A stretch of 64,000 nt of DNA from Nitrospirota bacterium (GCA_963790025.1 CAWBMP010000005.1:96001-160000); one strand, 5' to 3'. Positions 19,185 to 29,293 are shown, numbered from the stretch's first letter. Notes: a model not told the origin generated them from the letters alone. Program-made: numbers and translations.

Positions 19185-19751
19185 ATGGAACTTTTTGAGG
19201 CGATTAGAACCAGACGTAGTACCAGGAGATATCTTGACAAACCGGTTGAAGAGGATAAGCTCCGGGCAGTACTGGAGGCTGTTCGCATGTCTCCGTCCTG
19301 GGCCAACATGCAGTGCTGGCGCATGGTTGTTGTAAAGGACAGGAATGTGCGCGGCAGGATTAGCGAACTGTCGTATGTCGAATCTTTATTATCTCCCAAA
19401 GGGTTCAAGTCCAACCCTTCCCAGAAAGCCCTTGCCGAGGCACCCGTAATGATTGCTCTTTGTGCCGACCCTGAAAACTCAGGGACAATTTGGGGGCAGA
19501 ACTATTATCTTGTCGACCTTGGCATTGCAGCACAGAACTTGATGCTCGCCGCCGTGGCTCAGGGTCTCGGCAGCGTATTTGTCGGGGTTTTCGACGAAGA
19601 GAAAATTAAAGCGCTTCTAAGCATCCCTGAGTCTGTTCGTATCGTAGGTCTTTTCCCGCTGGGATATCCGGCTGAAGACAAGAGAGAGGGGCCAGCCAGG
19701 AAGCAGCTCAGTGAAATCAGTTGTGATGAGAAATGGACTTTGAAGAAATAA
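19185..19751 (+). CDS. Nitroreductase family protein
   Basis: [47 protein letters not shown]. Confidence 0.92.
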   Translation: MELFEAIRTRRSTRRYLDKPVEEDKLRAVLEAVRMSPSWANMQCWRMVVVKDRNVRGRISELSYVESLLSPKGFKSNPSQKALAEAPVMIALCADPENSGTIWGQNYYLVDLGIAAQNLMLAAVAQGLGSVFVGVFDEEKIKALLSIPESVRIVGLFPLGYPAEDKREGPARKQLSEISCDEKWTLKK

Positions 19752-19793
19752 ATCCTTAAATTGCAATATAAACTATGACTCTCCATTGAACTG

Positions 19794-19874
19794 GGGTCAG
19801 GACTTGAAAAATCATTTTTCCCATTCTTGGTTGTCTACAAACTAGATGGAAACTAATGTTTCAAGACCTGACCC
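19794..19874. repeat. REP/MITE-like element with 16-bp terminal inverted repeats
   Basis: gggtcaggacttgaaa (19794-19809) ... tttcaagacctgaccc (19859-19874), 15/16 complementary. Confidence 0.75.
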
Positions 19875-20096
19875 TACCGACCTCCAGGACCAATGTTTCG
19901 AATGGAAATACGTAAAAGCTGTTATTAACAAATTTGCGTAGTATTCACCCATATAGAGGGCAAAGATGTTTTTTGGTTAACAGGAGTTTTTTGCAGTTTT
20001 GCAGGTCTTATCCGCAGCAGCTTGGTTTTGGCATTTTCAACATTCACCGGGATAAAGAAAATTTGGAATAGATTTTAAGTGATGCAATTCGGACAC

Positions 20097-20125
20097 TTGC
20101 CAATAAGTGTTTTTTTTGATATTCT
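20097..20125 (+). promoter_or_regulatory. Sigma70-type promoter of the AKR-DUF362 operon
   Basis: TTGCCA-N17-TATTCT. Confidence 0.5.
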
Positions 20126-20203
20126 TTAATTATAGTTTAATTGAATTTCCATCCATAACTTCATGTCTGTGCTGAACCATAAATTATCGGAGGAGGTTTC
20201 GCA

Positions 20204-21403
20204 ATGAACAGAAGGGATTTTCTGAAGGCGGCGGCGGTTGCAACTGCTGCAGCAGCAGCAAAGCCGCTGCACGCCAGTGAACCGGAAAAGTCGCAAACTG
20301 CGGTATCCATCAAGAGCTATCGTGCAATCGGTAAGACGGGCCTGAAGATGAGTGATATATCTTTCGGGGCCGGAAAGCTCTCAGTCGCATCCCTGGTGCT
20401 CAGGGCCGTTGACAGTGGGATCAATTACTTTGACACGGCGCCTGATTACGGGATTTCGGAGAAAAGCATTGGCGAAGCCATGGGCAGGATTCAGCGGGAC
20501 AAGATAATCATCACTACCAAATTCTGTCACTCTGTGCCTTATCCCGGACATCTGCCGCCTGGCTCAAAGAAGAAAGATTTCATAGCTGCTGTCGAAGGAA
20601 GTCTGTCGAGAATGAAGACCGATTACATAGATTTTATTTTTGTCCATGCAATCGGCGATATGAGCAAGGACCTGGAAGACGAGAAGAAAAGGCTGCTCAG
20701 CGACGAGATGTTCGAGGCATTTGGAGAGCTGAAGAAGGCCGGAAAAGTCCGTTTCATGGGGACTTCTTCTCACGGCCCCAATCATATGGAAGAACTCCTT
20801 ATGACTGCAGTTAAATCGGGCCGTTTCGATCTGATCCAGCCGGCCTTCAATTTCATGAAGTTCCCCAAGTTGCCTGAGGTGATGAAAGAGGCCCACAAAC
20901 GCGGAATGGGTGTGATTGCCATGAAGACGCTTGCCGGTGCAAAAGACATGAACGTGAACGCCAAAGGGGAGGAGTTCTCCCATGCGGCTTTCAAGTGGGT
21001 GCTCAAGCACCCCGAAGTGAGCGGGCTTATTATCTCGATGAAAACGGTCTCTGATTTGGAGCTATATATCAAAGCATCTGGTCAGGAGTTCACGTCTGCG
21101 GACCAAAAAGCGCTTGACCGTTATGCGCGGCTGTACAGTAAAGAATATTGCAGGACAGGCTGCGGCGAATGCGAGGCATCATGCTCTGCCGGAGTGCAGA
21201 TAGCAACGGTGATGAGGTATCGTATGTATTTTAAGGATTATGGTATGGAGAAGAGGGCAATGGAATCTTATGCGTCCCTGAAAGGGAACGCGGCAGCCTG
21301 TGCAACATGCATCGAGCCGGCGTGCATAGCAAAATGTCCGTACGATTTACCGGTGAAGGACATGCTCTGCGATGCACATGAGACTATGTCGTTCATGGCA
21401 TGA
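20204..21403 (+). CDS. Tat-signal aldo/keto reductase with C-terminal 4Fe-4S dicluster
   Basis: MNRRDFLK leader; GINYFDTAPDY, GVIAMKT; CRTGCGECEASC and CATC..CIAKCP. Confidence 0.9.
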   Translation: MNRRDFLKAAAVATAAAAAKPLHASEPEKSQTAVSIKSYRAIGKTGLKMSDISFGAGKLSVASLVLRAVDSGINYFDTAPDYGISEKSIGEAMGRIQRDKIIITTKFCHSVPYPGHLPPGSKKKDFIAAVEGSLSRMKTDYIDFIFVHAIGDMSKDLEDEKKRLLSDEMFEAFGELKKAGKVRFMGTSSHGPNHMEELLMTAVKSGRFDLIQPAFNFMKFPKLPEVMKEAHKRGMGVIAMKTLAGAKDMNVNAKGEEFSHAAFKWVLKHPEVSGLIISMKTVSDLELYIKASGQEFTSADQKALDRYARLYSKEYCRTGCGECEASCSAGVQIATVMRYRMYFKDYGMEKRAMESYASLKGNAAACATCIEPACIAKCPYDLPVKDMLCDAHETMSFMA

Positions 21404-22380
21404 TGCGTTCTGTTTCACTCGGATATCGCCTTTTACTGCTGGGGCTGCTTCCATGTATCGCTGCTGTCCTGTATGTAAGAGGCCAAAGCTATGATCCTGC
21501 CCTTATCGATTTTAAGACAGCAGCGGGACCGGTGATGCCTGTGGTGAGCGCACCCCAACAACTTGTGGAGCAGGCCATGCCTGCCCCGGCTTTGCAGGAG
21601 ATTGCCGGTTTCCGGCGCTTGGGTGAGGAGCAGCACTTTACAAAGGACAATCTCTACGAACGTGTGGACGGCCATGCCGAATTTTTTATCGGCGCGGGGT
21701 TTACGGGACTTACGGTGACCGAATACGTTTCTGCCGGGTCCCGGGCGAAACAGGCGGAGATTGAGGTTGAGGTCTACGATATGGGAAAGGGCATACAGGC
21801 TTTTGGCGTCCTGTCTGATGAGTCGGGAGACAACCCGAAGGAAGTTTCTGTAGGGGCAATGGGATTCAAGACCTCGGGAGGAGTGAACTTCATTAAGGGT
21901 CGCTCCTATGTGAAGATATCTGCTTTCGACGTGAAGACCCCTGTGCTCAAATTTGCGAAAGCGTTTAGCGATACTATTTTTTCTGGTCCTCCCGGAGAGG
22001 ACTCCTTCGATAAGGTCTTCTCCAGATTTCCGGACCTGGGAAAAGTCGAAAAAACCAGGTTTATAAAGGAGGGCTATCGCGGTCTTGATTTTCTGCACAA
22101 CGTCATAGAACGCGAGTACTCCACAGGGGACAAAAAGATAGAGGTAGCACTGATGACAGGCAGCGCACAGGAAATGAAAGTGCTCCTGGCGTCTTTTGTG
22201 GATTATTTCAGGAAGTCCGGTATACGGTACGAGAGGGCCGGGAGAGACGGCAGTGAAGTATACAAGGTAATGGACAAATATGAGGGCAACTGGTTTCTTA
22301 TTCCTGCGCGCAATACGCTTTTCGGTGTGTTCGGAACGGGTGACGAAGAAATCCTGAAACACTTTGTAAAAGGGAAGTGA
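21400..22380 (+). CDS. Exported or membrane-anchored conserved protein (DUF6599-like)
   Basis: N-terminal TM, NLYERVDGHAE.F, EVYDMG...AFG, F.KG..YVKI; overlaps the AKR stop. Confidence 0.65.
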   Translation: MMRSVSLGYRLLLLGLLPCIAAVLYVRGQSYDPALIDFKTAAGPVMPVVSAPQQLVEQAMPAPALQEIAGFRRLGEEQHFTKDNLYERVDGHAEFFIGAGFTGLTVTEYVSAGSRAKQAEIEVEVYDMGKGIQAFGVLSDESGDNPKEVSVGAMGFKTSGGVNFIKGRSYVKISAFDVKTPVLKFAKAFSDTIFSGPPGEDSFDKVFSRFPDLGKVEKTRFIKEGYRGLDFLHNVIEREYSTGDKKIEVALMTGSAQEMKVLLASFVDYFRKSGIRYERAGRDGSEVYKVMDKYEGNWFLIPARNTLFGVFGTGDEEILKHFVKGK

Positions 22381-22384
22381 GTTC

Positions 22385-23377
22385 ATGGCGTCGAAGAACA
22401 GCAAAAAAATTGAAGAGGTAAGCAGAAGACAGTTTCTCCTTAGAGCTGCAGTTACCTGCGGCCTCGCGGCAACTGCAGGGGCCTGGGGGTATGTTTTTTA
22501 CAGCAAAGAACCGGTACGAAGAAGCGATACAAAAATATATACGTTCGGAAATTACCGTGTTGAAGATAAAAAGGTGTATCCGCAATTGGCAGTAGTCCAT
22601 GGGACGGATGCCGACAAGATGGTGCGGGCCGCCATAGAAAAAGTGGGCGGCATAGGCCGCTTTGTGAATCCTGGTGAAAAGGTTTTGCTGAAGCCGAATG
22701 CTGCGTGGGACAGACAGCCGGAGCAGGCAGCAAACACTAACCCCGCTGTAGTGGCGGCTGTAGTGAAACTCTGCCTCGAGGCCCGGGCCTCCGAGGTATG
22801 GGTGACCGATGTTTCGGTAAACGATCCATACAGGTGTTTCAGTCGCTCCGGGATTGAGGATGCCGTGAAAAGGGCTGGAGGAAAGATCAGAGTGGCGACA
22901 GAGAACGACTTTGTGCCCACTGACCTGAAAGGAGAATCTCTTAAAGTATGGCCTGTAAGCCGCTTCTATCATCAAGTGGACAAACTTATCAACCTTCCCG
23001 TAGTGAAGAACCATTCGTTGAGTAAATGTACGATGGGGATGAAAAACCTTTATGGCTCTTTGGGTGGCCAGAGGAACCGATTACATCAGGACATCAATAC
23101 TGCTATTGCTGATCTGGCCTCAGCTATCAAACCCACGCTCACTGTTATGGACGCCACGCGAGTTCTCAAAAGAAACGGTCCTACCGGCGGGAACCTGTCA
23201 GACGTTTCCTTGGAAAATACGGTCATCGCCGGGACGGATATAGTAGCGGTGGAGGCATACGGTCTCAGGTTCCTTGACCTGAAGGTGGAAGACATTCCTT
23301 TCATCATGATGGCAGAAAAAAGGGGTGTTGGAGTTTCCGCCTGGAAATCCCTCAATGTTTCCGAACTCAACGTTTGA
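22385..23377 (+). CDS. DUF362 domain protein with Tat-like leader
   Basis: SRRQFL, VLLKPN..W, NTNP, INLPVVKNH, TMGMKNLYG, NGPTGG. Confidence 0.88.
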   Translation: MASKNSKKIEEVSRRQFLLRAAVTCGLAATAGAWGYVFYSKEPVRRSDTKIYTFGNYRVEDKKVYPQLAVVHGTDADKMVRAAIEKVGGIGRFVNPGEKVLLKPNAAWDRQPEQAANTNPAVVAAVVKLCLEARASEVWVTDVSVNDPYRCFSRSGIEDAVKRAGGKIRVATENDFVPTDLKGESLKVWPVSRFYHQVDKLINLPVVKNHSLSKCTMGMKNLYGSLGGQRNRLHQDINTAIADLASAIKPTLTVMDATRVLKRNGPTGGNLSDVSLENTVIAGTDIVAVEAYGLRFLDLKVEDIPFIMMAEKRGVGVSAWKSLNVSELNV

Positions 23378-24891
23378 TGGAAAAACTTCTTAGTTTAAGA
23401 AATATCAGACGGATATATGCAGTTTTCTTTGCAGTGCTGTTTGTGCTCCTCCTTTGGCTTACAAGCTTCAGGCGCATGAAAGGCTATGAGACTCCCTTCT
23501 TCCTTGAGCTTGATCCGCTTGTGGCAATCGCCTCTTTTCTCACGAGCTGGACTGTTTACAAGGGACTTGCCCTCTCGTTGGTTACAATCATCGGCACACT
23601 ATTCCTTGGCCGGTTTTTTTGTTCCTGGATATGTCCTCTGGGGATTATTAACCAGGCTGCGGGAAGTATTTTTTCTAAATTAAGGGCAGTAGATACAATT
23701 GCACTAAATTCCTACCGCCCTCTTTACAGGCTCAAATACTATTTTCTGGCGATCTTTCTTGTGGTCGCTGCCTTTGGTTCTCTCCAGACAGGACTACTGG
23801 ACCCATTGCCGTTTGTCACGAGGTCTTTTGCAATATCAGTATTTCCGGGGCTCAATCACAGCAGCGGCTGGCTCTATCTCAAACAGCCTCTTTTCAACGG
23901 CGGAACGCTTCTTGGAATCATTTTTCTTGCCGTGATTTTTGCAAACAGGTTTCTTCCACGTTTCTGGTGCCGCGCCATCTGCCCGTTGGGCGCTCTGCTC
24001 GGACTACTGTCTTTTAGACCGTTTGCAAGGGTATGGCGCAATGTGGACCTCTGCACCGACTGCAAAAAATGTATAGGACATTGCCACGGCGCCTGCGATC
24101 CTCATACAGCACTGCGGACCAGTGAATGTCATGTCTGCATGAACTGCATTGAGGATTGCCCTGAAGGCGCTCTCCATTATGGGTTCTCCAGGCCCTCAAG
24201 TGCAGCGCACATGCCACTTGATGTCAGCCGCCGCAGACTGATCGAAAGCGCCCTTGCAGGGGCGGTCTTTTTCCCTGTAATGCGGAGCACTATCACTTCC
24301 AAAACTTCACCGCAGTCCCTCGTGATACGGCCTCCCGGCTCATTAACGGAAGGAGATTTCCTGCGAAGATGTATCAAGTGCGGCGAATGTATGAAGGTCT
24401 GTCCTACCAATGTAATTCAGCCGTCGTTGACAGAGGCGGGATTTGAGGGAATCTGGACGCCGGTACTTATCAACCGGATCGGGTATTGTGAATATAACTG
24501 TGTGCTCTGCAGCCGCGTATGTCCCACTGGTGCCATTACACCTCTCACAGTTGAAAGAAAATTGGGAAAGGCTGCCGGACAGACACCGATCAAAATCGGC
24601 ACTGCCTTCTATGACCGGGGAAGGTGCCTGCCGTGGGCCATGAATATCGATTGCATAGTCTGCGAAGAGATGTGTCCCACATCCCCGAAGGCTATCTGGT
24701 TTGAAACCGTCCAGGTCACGCTTAGAGATGGATCAACGAAAAAATTGAAACGTCCTTATGTAGATCCCAAGCTTTGTATCGGTTGCGGGATCTGCGAGAA
24801 TAAATGCCCGATCCATGATCGCGCTGCAGTGCGTGTCACTTCCATAGGAGAAACACGCTCCTCGACTAACCAGATGATACTTAAATCCTGA
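23377..24891 (+). CDS. Membrane polyferredoxin (NapH/MauN-like fused to NapG/MauM-like)
   Basis: GRFFCSWICPLG, RFWCRAICPLG, several CxxCxxCxxxCP clusters, IRPPG..F.RRCIKCGEC. Confidence 0.88.
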   Translation: MEKLLSLRNIRRIYAVFFAVLFVLLLWLTSFRRMKGYETPFFLELDPLVAIASFLTSWTVYKGLALSLVTIIGTLFLGRFFCSWICPLGIINQAAGSIFSKLRAVDTIALNSYRPLYRLKYYFLAIFLVVAAFGSLQTGLLDPLPFVTRSFAISVFPGLNHSSGWLYLKQPLFNGGTLLGIIFLAVIFANRFLPRFWCRAICPLGALLGLLSFRPFARVWRNVDLCTDCKKCIGHCHGACDPHTALRTSECHVCMNCIEDCPEGALHYGFSRPSSAAHMPLDVSRRRLIESALAGAVFFPVMRSTITSKTSPQSLVIRPPGSLTEGDFLRRCIKCGECMKVCPTNVIQPSLTEAGFEGIWTPVLINRIGYCEYNCVLCSRVCPTGAITPLTVERKLGKAAGQTPIKIGTAFYDRGRCLPWAMNIDCIVCEEMCPTSPKAIWFETVQVTLRDGSTKKLKRPYVDPKLCIGCGICENKCPIHDRAAVRVTSIGETRSSTNQMILKS

Positions 24892-24894
24892 CTT

Positions 24895-27378
24895 GTGCAG
24901 TACGCGATCGCATTCATTTGCGGTTCCGCTCTTTTTTATATATACCGGTTCTTTCCGGTAACAAGTCTTCTGTTGTCGGTCCTGCTCCTGGGGCTTTCCA
25001 CCTTCAAAAAACCCCGTGCAGTCACTCAAAACTTTAGGGAAATACATTACTCTGTCAGGCGCAGACTGCTGTCTGTTCTTGCTGTAATCATTATGGCGCT
25101 CTTCGGTTTCTGTTCTGCATACCTGCGCACTGTTCCTCTGGACCCTGTTTCAGCTATTGCCGGACAAATTATAGTTGTTAAGGGCACCGTGCGTTCCGGA
25201 CCTGTACCTATGCATTCACGCACGGGAAGCTTCTCTCACATTATAGATATCTCGGAGGCGGCCGATGATCGGGGCGACCACCTGAGTTTGCGGGAAATGA
25301 GAGTCATGAGTGACAGTGTCATGACTGCCGGCAAGGCGTATTTGATCACGGTGCAGATTCCTCCTGATGCATACTTTATGAATCCGGGCAGCAAGCCCTT
25401 ACTTGCCGGCTTTGCGCTTGGGATAGTGCTTGTCGACAACTCCTCCGGTCAGGTTTGGGCGCGCCCCGCAAAATTCTTCGGGACATTGCGGGCGCGGCTG
25501 AATGAGGCCTTTAAAAATTCTCTTTCCCCCGGTTCCGCGCCTTTTATCATGGCGCTCATCACGGGAGAGCGTGGTCTGTTGACAAAGGAAACAAACGATG
25601 CCTTCACCGTTACAGGGCTCTCTCATATTCTGCACAAAGCGGGACTGCATTTTGGACTGCTATTGTTCTTTTTTTTCGGGGTGACCTGTTTTTTTATCAA
25701 GGCGCTACCCCATAGGGTATTCTCACGTCTTACCATTTATGCGTCGCCCTCTCAAATTGCAGCCCTCGTTTGTTTGCCCTTCATGATCTGTTATTTAGGC
25801 ATCTCTCCGCCGGACTTCGGTACTTTGAGGGCCTTTATAATGATATGTTTTTTTCTATTCGGTCTTTTGTTTCAGAGAAAGGGCTTTTGGCTGAATAGCC
25901 TGATGGCGGCCGTTTTTATCATTGTCCTCTATCAGCCGGATTCATTGCTGAATCTGTCGTTTCAGTTATCATTTCTCTCGGTGCTTTGCATCGGCATAGC
26001 CGTAGGCGGAAAGCACGTACGCGATGCAAACCATGAAAACGGCCCCGTTGTCCGAAGCGCTTCTGCATTTTCCCGCCTGCGGTCTTCCCTAATGTCTTAT
26101 TCCCGCTCTTCAATGCTGATAACCCTGGCAGCAAATGCGGGCACGGCACCTCTTATCATCAATTATTTTCATATGTTTTCTATCATCTCACCGATGAGCA
26201 ATCTTATTGTCATCCCTGTCGTCGGTTTTATCATTTTGCCTCTGGCCTTTTTATCTTCTTTTTTCTATTTATTCTTTAATTTCCTTCCGCTCCGTACTTT
26301 GCTCGATGCTCTGACCCGGCACCTCTTATCATGCGTTTATCACGTCGCTAAATGGGAATTCATGGCCGTAAAGGTGCCCGCATTTCCTCCGATACTGCTC
26401 ATCTGCTTTTATGCCGGCCTTGCTATTTATACCGCGCTGGTTTATTCGGGAAATAAAAGCCGTGCAGAAGCGGTCCGTCTTCCTTTCCGCATCTTATTAT
26501 TCCCCTGTGTGATTGCAATAGCTCCCATAATTATCTTTTCAGTTATGTCCTCTGCCGGAAAGAGCAGGCTATCCGTCACCTTTCTCGATGTGGGCCAGGG
26601 TGATGGCGCTGTTATAGAATTGCCGGACCACCGCACGATGATTATAGATACGGGGAAGAGCGGTTTTCAGATAGGCGAGTTTCTGCGTTACCGCGGCGTC
26701 GATGAAATTGAGGCCCTGGTCCTCTCGCATCCGGATAATGATCATGTCGGGGGCTCCGGCTATCTGCTCAATAATTTTAAGGTGCATATGGTCTGGGACA
26801 ACAGCCGGATGGACTACAAAGATGGATTTCTTGGACAGGCCGGACACAGGGGGCTTCAAAGGGGTGACACGCTTCACGGCAAGGGATATACAATTATGGC
26901 GCTCCACCCTTACGATGGCTTTTATTCCGGCAGTGGAAAAAAATTCGATGAAAACAATGATTCGCTTCTCTTGAGAGTACAGGGTGCCACGGCCTCATTT
27001 TTGTTTACCGGGGACCTTGAAAAAGAAGGGGAAGAAGATGCGGTCCATATCGCCCCCTATCTCAAAAGCACTGTCCTGAAAGTCGCCCACCATGGCAGTC
27101 GCTCTTCATCATCGGAGGTATTTCTTAACGCTGTTTCACCGGAGATTGCAGTGATCAGCGTTGGGCGGAAAAACAGTTATGGGCATCCTCACCCGGAAAC
27201 TCTATACGCACTCTCAAGTTGCAGGGTGCTGAGGACCGACATTAATGGGGCTGTTGAGATCCGCGAAGGGGATGGCGGCAAGTTACAGGTGAAGACGTGG
27301 AGGGATTTCCGGATAACTGAAGTGAGCGGAGTCTGGGATGAATGGATGAATATAAACAGGCTGTTTTGGGTGTGGTGA
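24895..27378 (+). CDS. comEC: DNA internalization competence protein ComEC/Rec2
   Basis: Competence domain (TGLSHI..GLH, SFQLSF) and beta-lactamase-like domain (DVGQGD, SHPDNDHVGG, KVAHHGS, YGHPH). Confidence 0.92.
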   Translation: MQYAIAFICGSALFYIYRFFPVTSLLLSVLLLGLSTFKKPRAVTQNFREIHYSVRRRLLSVLAVIIMALFGFCSAYLRTVPLDPVSAIAGQIIVVKGTVRSGPVPMHSRTGSFSHIIDISEAADDRGDHLSLREMRVMSDSVMTAGKAYLITVQIPPDAYFMNPGSKPLLAGFALGIVLVDNSSGQVWARPAKFFGTLRARLNEAFKNSLSPGSAPFIMALITGERGLLTKETNDAFTVTGLSHILHKAGLHFGLLLFFFFGVTCFFIKALPHRVFSRLTIYASPSQIAALVCLPFMICYLGISPPDFGTLRAFIMICFFLFGLLFQRKGFWLNSLMAAVFIIVLYQPDSLLNLSFQLSFLSVLCIGIAVGGKHVRDANHENGPVVRSASAFSRLRSSLMSYSRSSMLITLAANAGTAPLIINYFHMFSIISPMSNLIVIPVVGFIILPLAFLSSFFYLFFNFLPLRTLLDALTRHLLSCVYHVAKWEFMAVKVPAFPPILLICFYAGLAIYTALVYSGNKSRAEAVRLPFRILLFPCVIAIAPIIIFSVMSSAGKSRLSVTFLDVGQGDGAVIELPDHRTMIIDTGKSGFQIGEFLRYRGVDEIEALVLSHPDNDHVGGSGYLLNNFKVHMVWDNSRMDYKDGFLGQAGHRGLQRGDTLHGKGYTIMALHPYDGFYSGSGKKFDENNDSLLLRVQGATASFLFTGDLEKEGEEDAVHIAPYLKSTVLKVAHHGSRSSSSEVFLNAVSPEIAVISVGRKNSYGHPHPETLYALSSCRVLRTDINGAVEIREGDGGKLQVKTWRDFRITEVSGVWDEWMNINRLFWVW

Positions 27379-27446
27379 AAATAGTTTAACTGAGAACAAC
27401 CTTATTTTTTCTCAAGTGCTTGTTTTGTAGAACTTTTTTATTCTCA

Positions 27447-27474
27447 TGTAACCTTATGACCTTTTTTGTCGACT
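27447..27474 (+). promoter_or_regulatory. Putative ECF-sigma promoter, copy 1
   Basis: TGTAACCTTAT..., GTAACC-N15-TCGACT; same motif and spacing at 28860. Confidence 0.65.
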
Positions 27475-27524
27475 TAACAATAAATGAAACTGTCAGTTGA
27501 CAGCATGTAAAAAGGGGGAAAAGT

Positions 27525-28076
27525 ATGAAAAAATTAGCATTGATTTGTCTTGCATTTCTTTTTGTAATGGGGCTTGCAGTCAATTCCGGCGCCGCGGACA
27601 AGAATATGAGCGGTGGCCCGCATGGCGGCATGTACAAACAGGAGGGTGGCTGTGGATGTGGCGGGCCGCATTCACATATGGCAATGTTCAAGAAACTCGG
27701 ACTCGACGAAAAACAGAAGGAAACTATAAAGCAGATTCATTTCAAGACAATGAAGGAAATGGTAAAGAAGAGGGCCGATATCAAGGTGGCAAAGATTGAA
27801 TTGAGGGAGATACTCTCTAAGGACCCATTGGATATGGCGGCAGCCGAATCAGCAGTAAAAAAGATAGAAGGGTTGAAGGTCGAAATGAAGATGATGCATA
27901 TTAAGACGATGGAAGAAATAAAGTCCAACCTGAATCCCGAACAGAGAAAGAAATTTATCGAAATGATCGGAATGATGGTGAGACACCATGGTGCAATGAA
28001 AGGCAATTGTTCCTGTGGTATGCATGGGATGGGTCCTATGAAAGAAAAGGCAGAGATGAAACATAAGCATAATTAA
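27525..28076 (+). CDS. Spy/CpxP/ZraP-family periplasmic protein, His/Met-rich
   Basis: Signal peptide, LGLDEKQ and LNPEQR (LTxxQ-type) motifs. Confidence 0.85.
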   Translation: MKKLALICLAFLFVMGLAVNSGAADKNMSGGPHGGMYKQEGGCGCGGPHSHMAMFKKLGLDEKQKETIKQIHFKTMKEMVKKRADIKVAKIELREILSKDPLDMAAAESAVKKIEGLKVEMKMMHIKTMEEIKSNLNPEQRKKFIEMIGMMVRHHGAMKGNCSCGMHGMGPMKEKAEMKHKHN

Positions 28077-28090
28077 ACCCAGCGGTTGTC

Positions 28091-28133
28091 AAAAACCGGG
28101 AAAGGCACAGCATATGCTTTTCCCGGTTTTTTT
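28091..28133 (+). terminator. Rho-independent terminator
   Basis: aaaaaccgggaaaggca-loop-tgcttttcccggttttttt. Confidence 0.85.
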
Positions 28134-28242
28134 CAACTTGTTGGCTGCGATGATCGGCTGCTGATCATTGAAAAATAGCGATAATATGTACCAGTCACAG
28201 GTTTTATAATTTACCAGTCGGTAATAAAATTTGGAGGGTTCA

Positions 28243-28785
28243 ATGAAAAAAATTCTTTTGGTGATGATTGTTGGATTTGCAGTGATGATAAGCGGTGCAC
28301 GGTCTATTGTTAATGCAGCCGATATGAAAATAGGTGTTTGTGATATCGACAGAACTGCAAATGACTCGGAAGAGGGGAAAAAAGCAATAAGCGGATTAAA
28401 GGATTATATGTCATCAAAGCAGGCTACAATCAAGGAAAAGGAAAATGAAATCAGTAAGATGAAGAGCGATCTGGACAAACAGGGGGCTGTCATGTCTTCC
28501 GATGCTAAAAAGTCAAAGATGGAAGAATTAGAACGGTCGGAAAGAGAATTCCAGAGGATGGTGTCGGATGCAAATCAGGAGTTTGAGAAAAAAAGGAGGG
28601 AATCTACGACAGTCGTATATAAGGAAATAATCGAGGTAATCGACAAGTTTGGACAGGATGAGAAATACAGCATTATTCTGCCGGTACAGTCGTTGCTTTA
28701 TGGCGACAAAACCCTTGATATTACCGATATCATCATGAAGAAATACAATGAAAAAAAGGGCATGAAGCCAACTCCTGAGAAGTAG
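28243..28785 (+). CDS. skp: Skp/OmpH periplasmic chaperone
   Basis: Signal peptide, KIGVCD..S.EGK, coiled-coil body, DITD C-terminus. Confidence 0.85.
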   Translation: MKKILLVMIVGFAVMISGARSIVNAADMKIGVCDIDRTANDSEEGKKAISGLKDYMSSKQATIKEKENEISKMKSDLDKQGAVMSSDAKKSKMEELERSEREFQRMVSDANQEFEKKRRESTTVVYKEIIEVIDKFGQDEKYSIILPVQSLLYGDKTLDITDIIMKKYNEKKGMKPTPEK

Positions 28786-28859
28786 GCCCGGTGCGAAATC
28801 CTGCAAAGAAAGGCTTGACACGATCCCTACTTATTGGGAGTTTTCAGCCAAGATTTCAT

Positions 28860-28887
28860 TGTAACCTTATAATTGCGTTTATCGACT
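28860..28887 (+). promoter_or_regulatory. Putative ECF-sigma promoter, copy 2
   Basis: TGTAACCTTAT..., GTAACC-N15-TCGACT. Confidence 0.65.
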
Positions 28888-28942
28888 AAAATAAATGGAT
28901 GGAGATAAATACACTCACATAAAAAAGAAGGAGGGGATGGAG

Positions 28943-29293
28943 ATGAAAAAAAGCGTGTTTATTGTTGTTTTTGTTGCTGTTTTGGCACTACTGTTAACAA
29001 GCGCGCTGCCCGGATATGCGCATGAACGATTCGGTTTTAGAGGAGATATATGGATTGGTCCGGGATTGGGACCGTGGTGGGGACCGCCGTATTATGGGCC
29101 TTACTATCCCCCATATGTGGCTCCGCCTGTTGTAATCCAGCAGCAGCCTCCGGTATATGTGCAGCCGGCACCCCAGCCGGCGGAAGATAATTACTGGTAT
29201 TTCTGCACTAATCCCGAGGGCTACTATCCATACGTGAAACAATGTCCTAACGGCTGGATGAAGGTTGTACCTCCTTCTCCTGCGGCACAATAG
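28943..29293 (+). CDS. Secreted Pro/Tyr-rich small protein
   Basis: Signal peptide, PYYP/PPVYVQ region, YWYFC..GYYPYVKQCP.GW.KV.P tail; RBS AAGGAGG. Confidence 0.8.
   Translation: MKKSVFIVVFVAVLALLLTSALPGYAHERFGFRGDIWIGPGLGPWWGPPYYGPYYPPYVAPPVVIQQQPPVYVQPAPQPAEDNYWYFCTNPEGYYPYVKQCPNGWMKVVPPSPAAQ

Noticed and set aside
21433..22404. 323-aa minus-strand ORF
   Set aside because: Antisense shadow of the + strand operon gene; no motifs.
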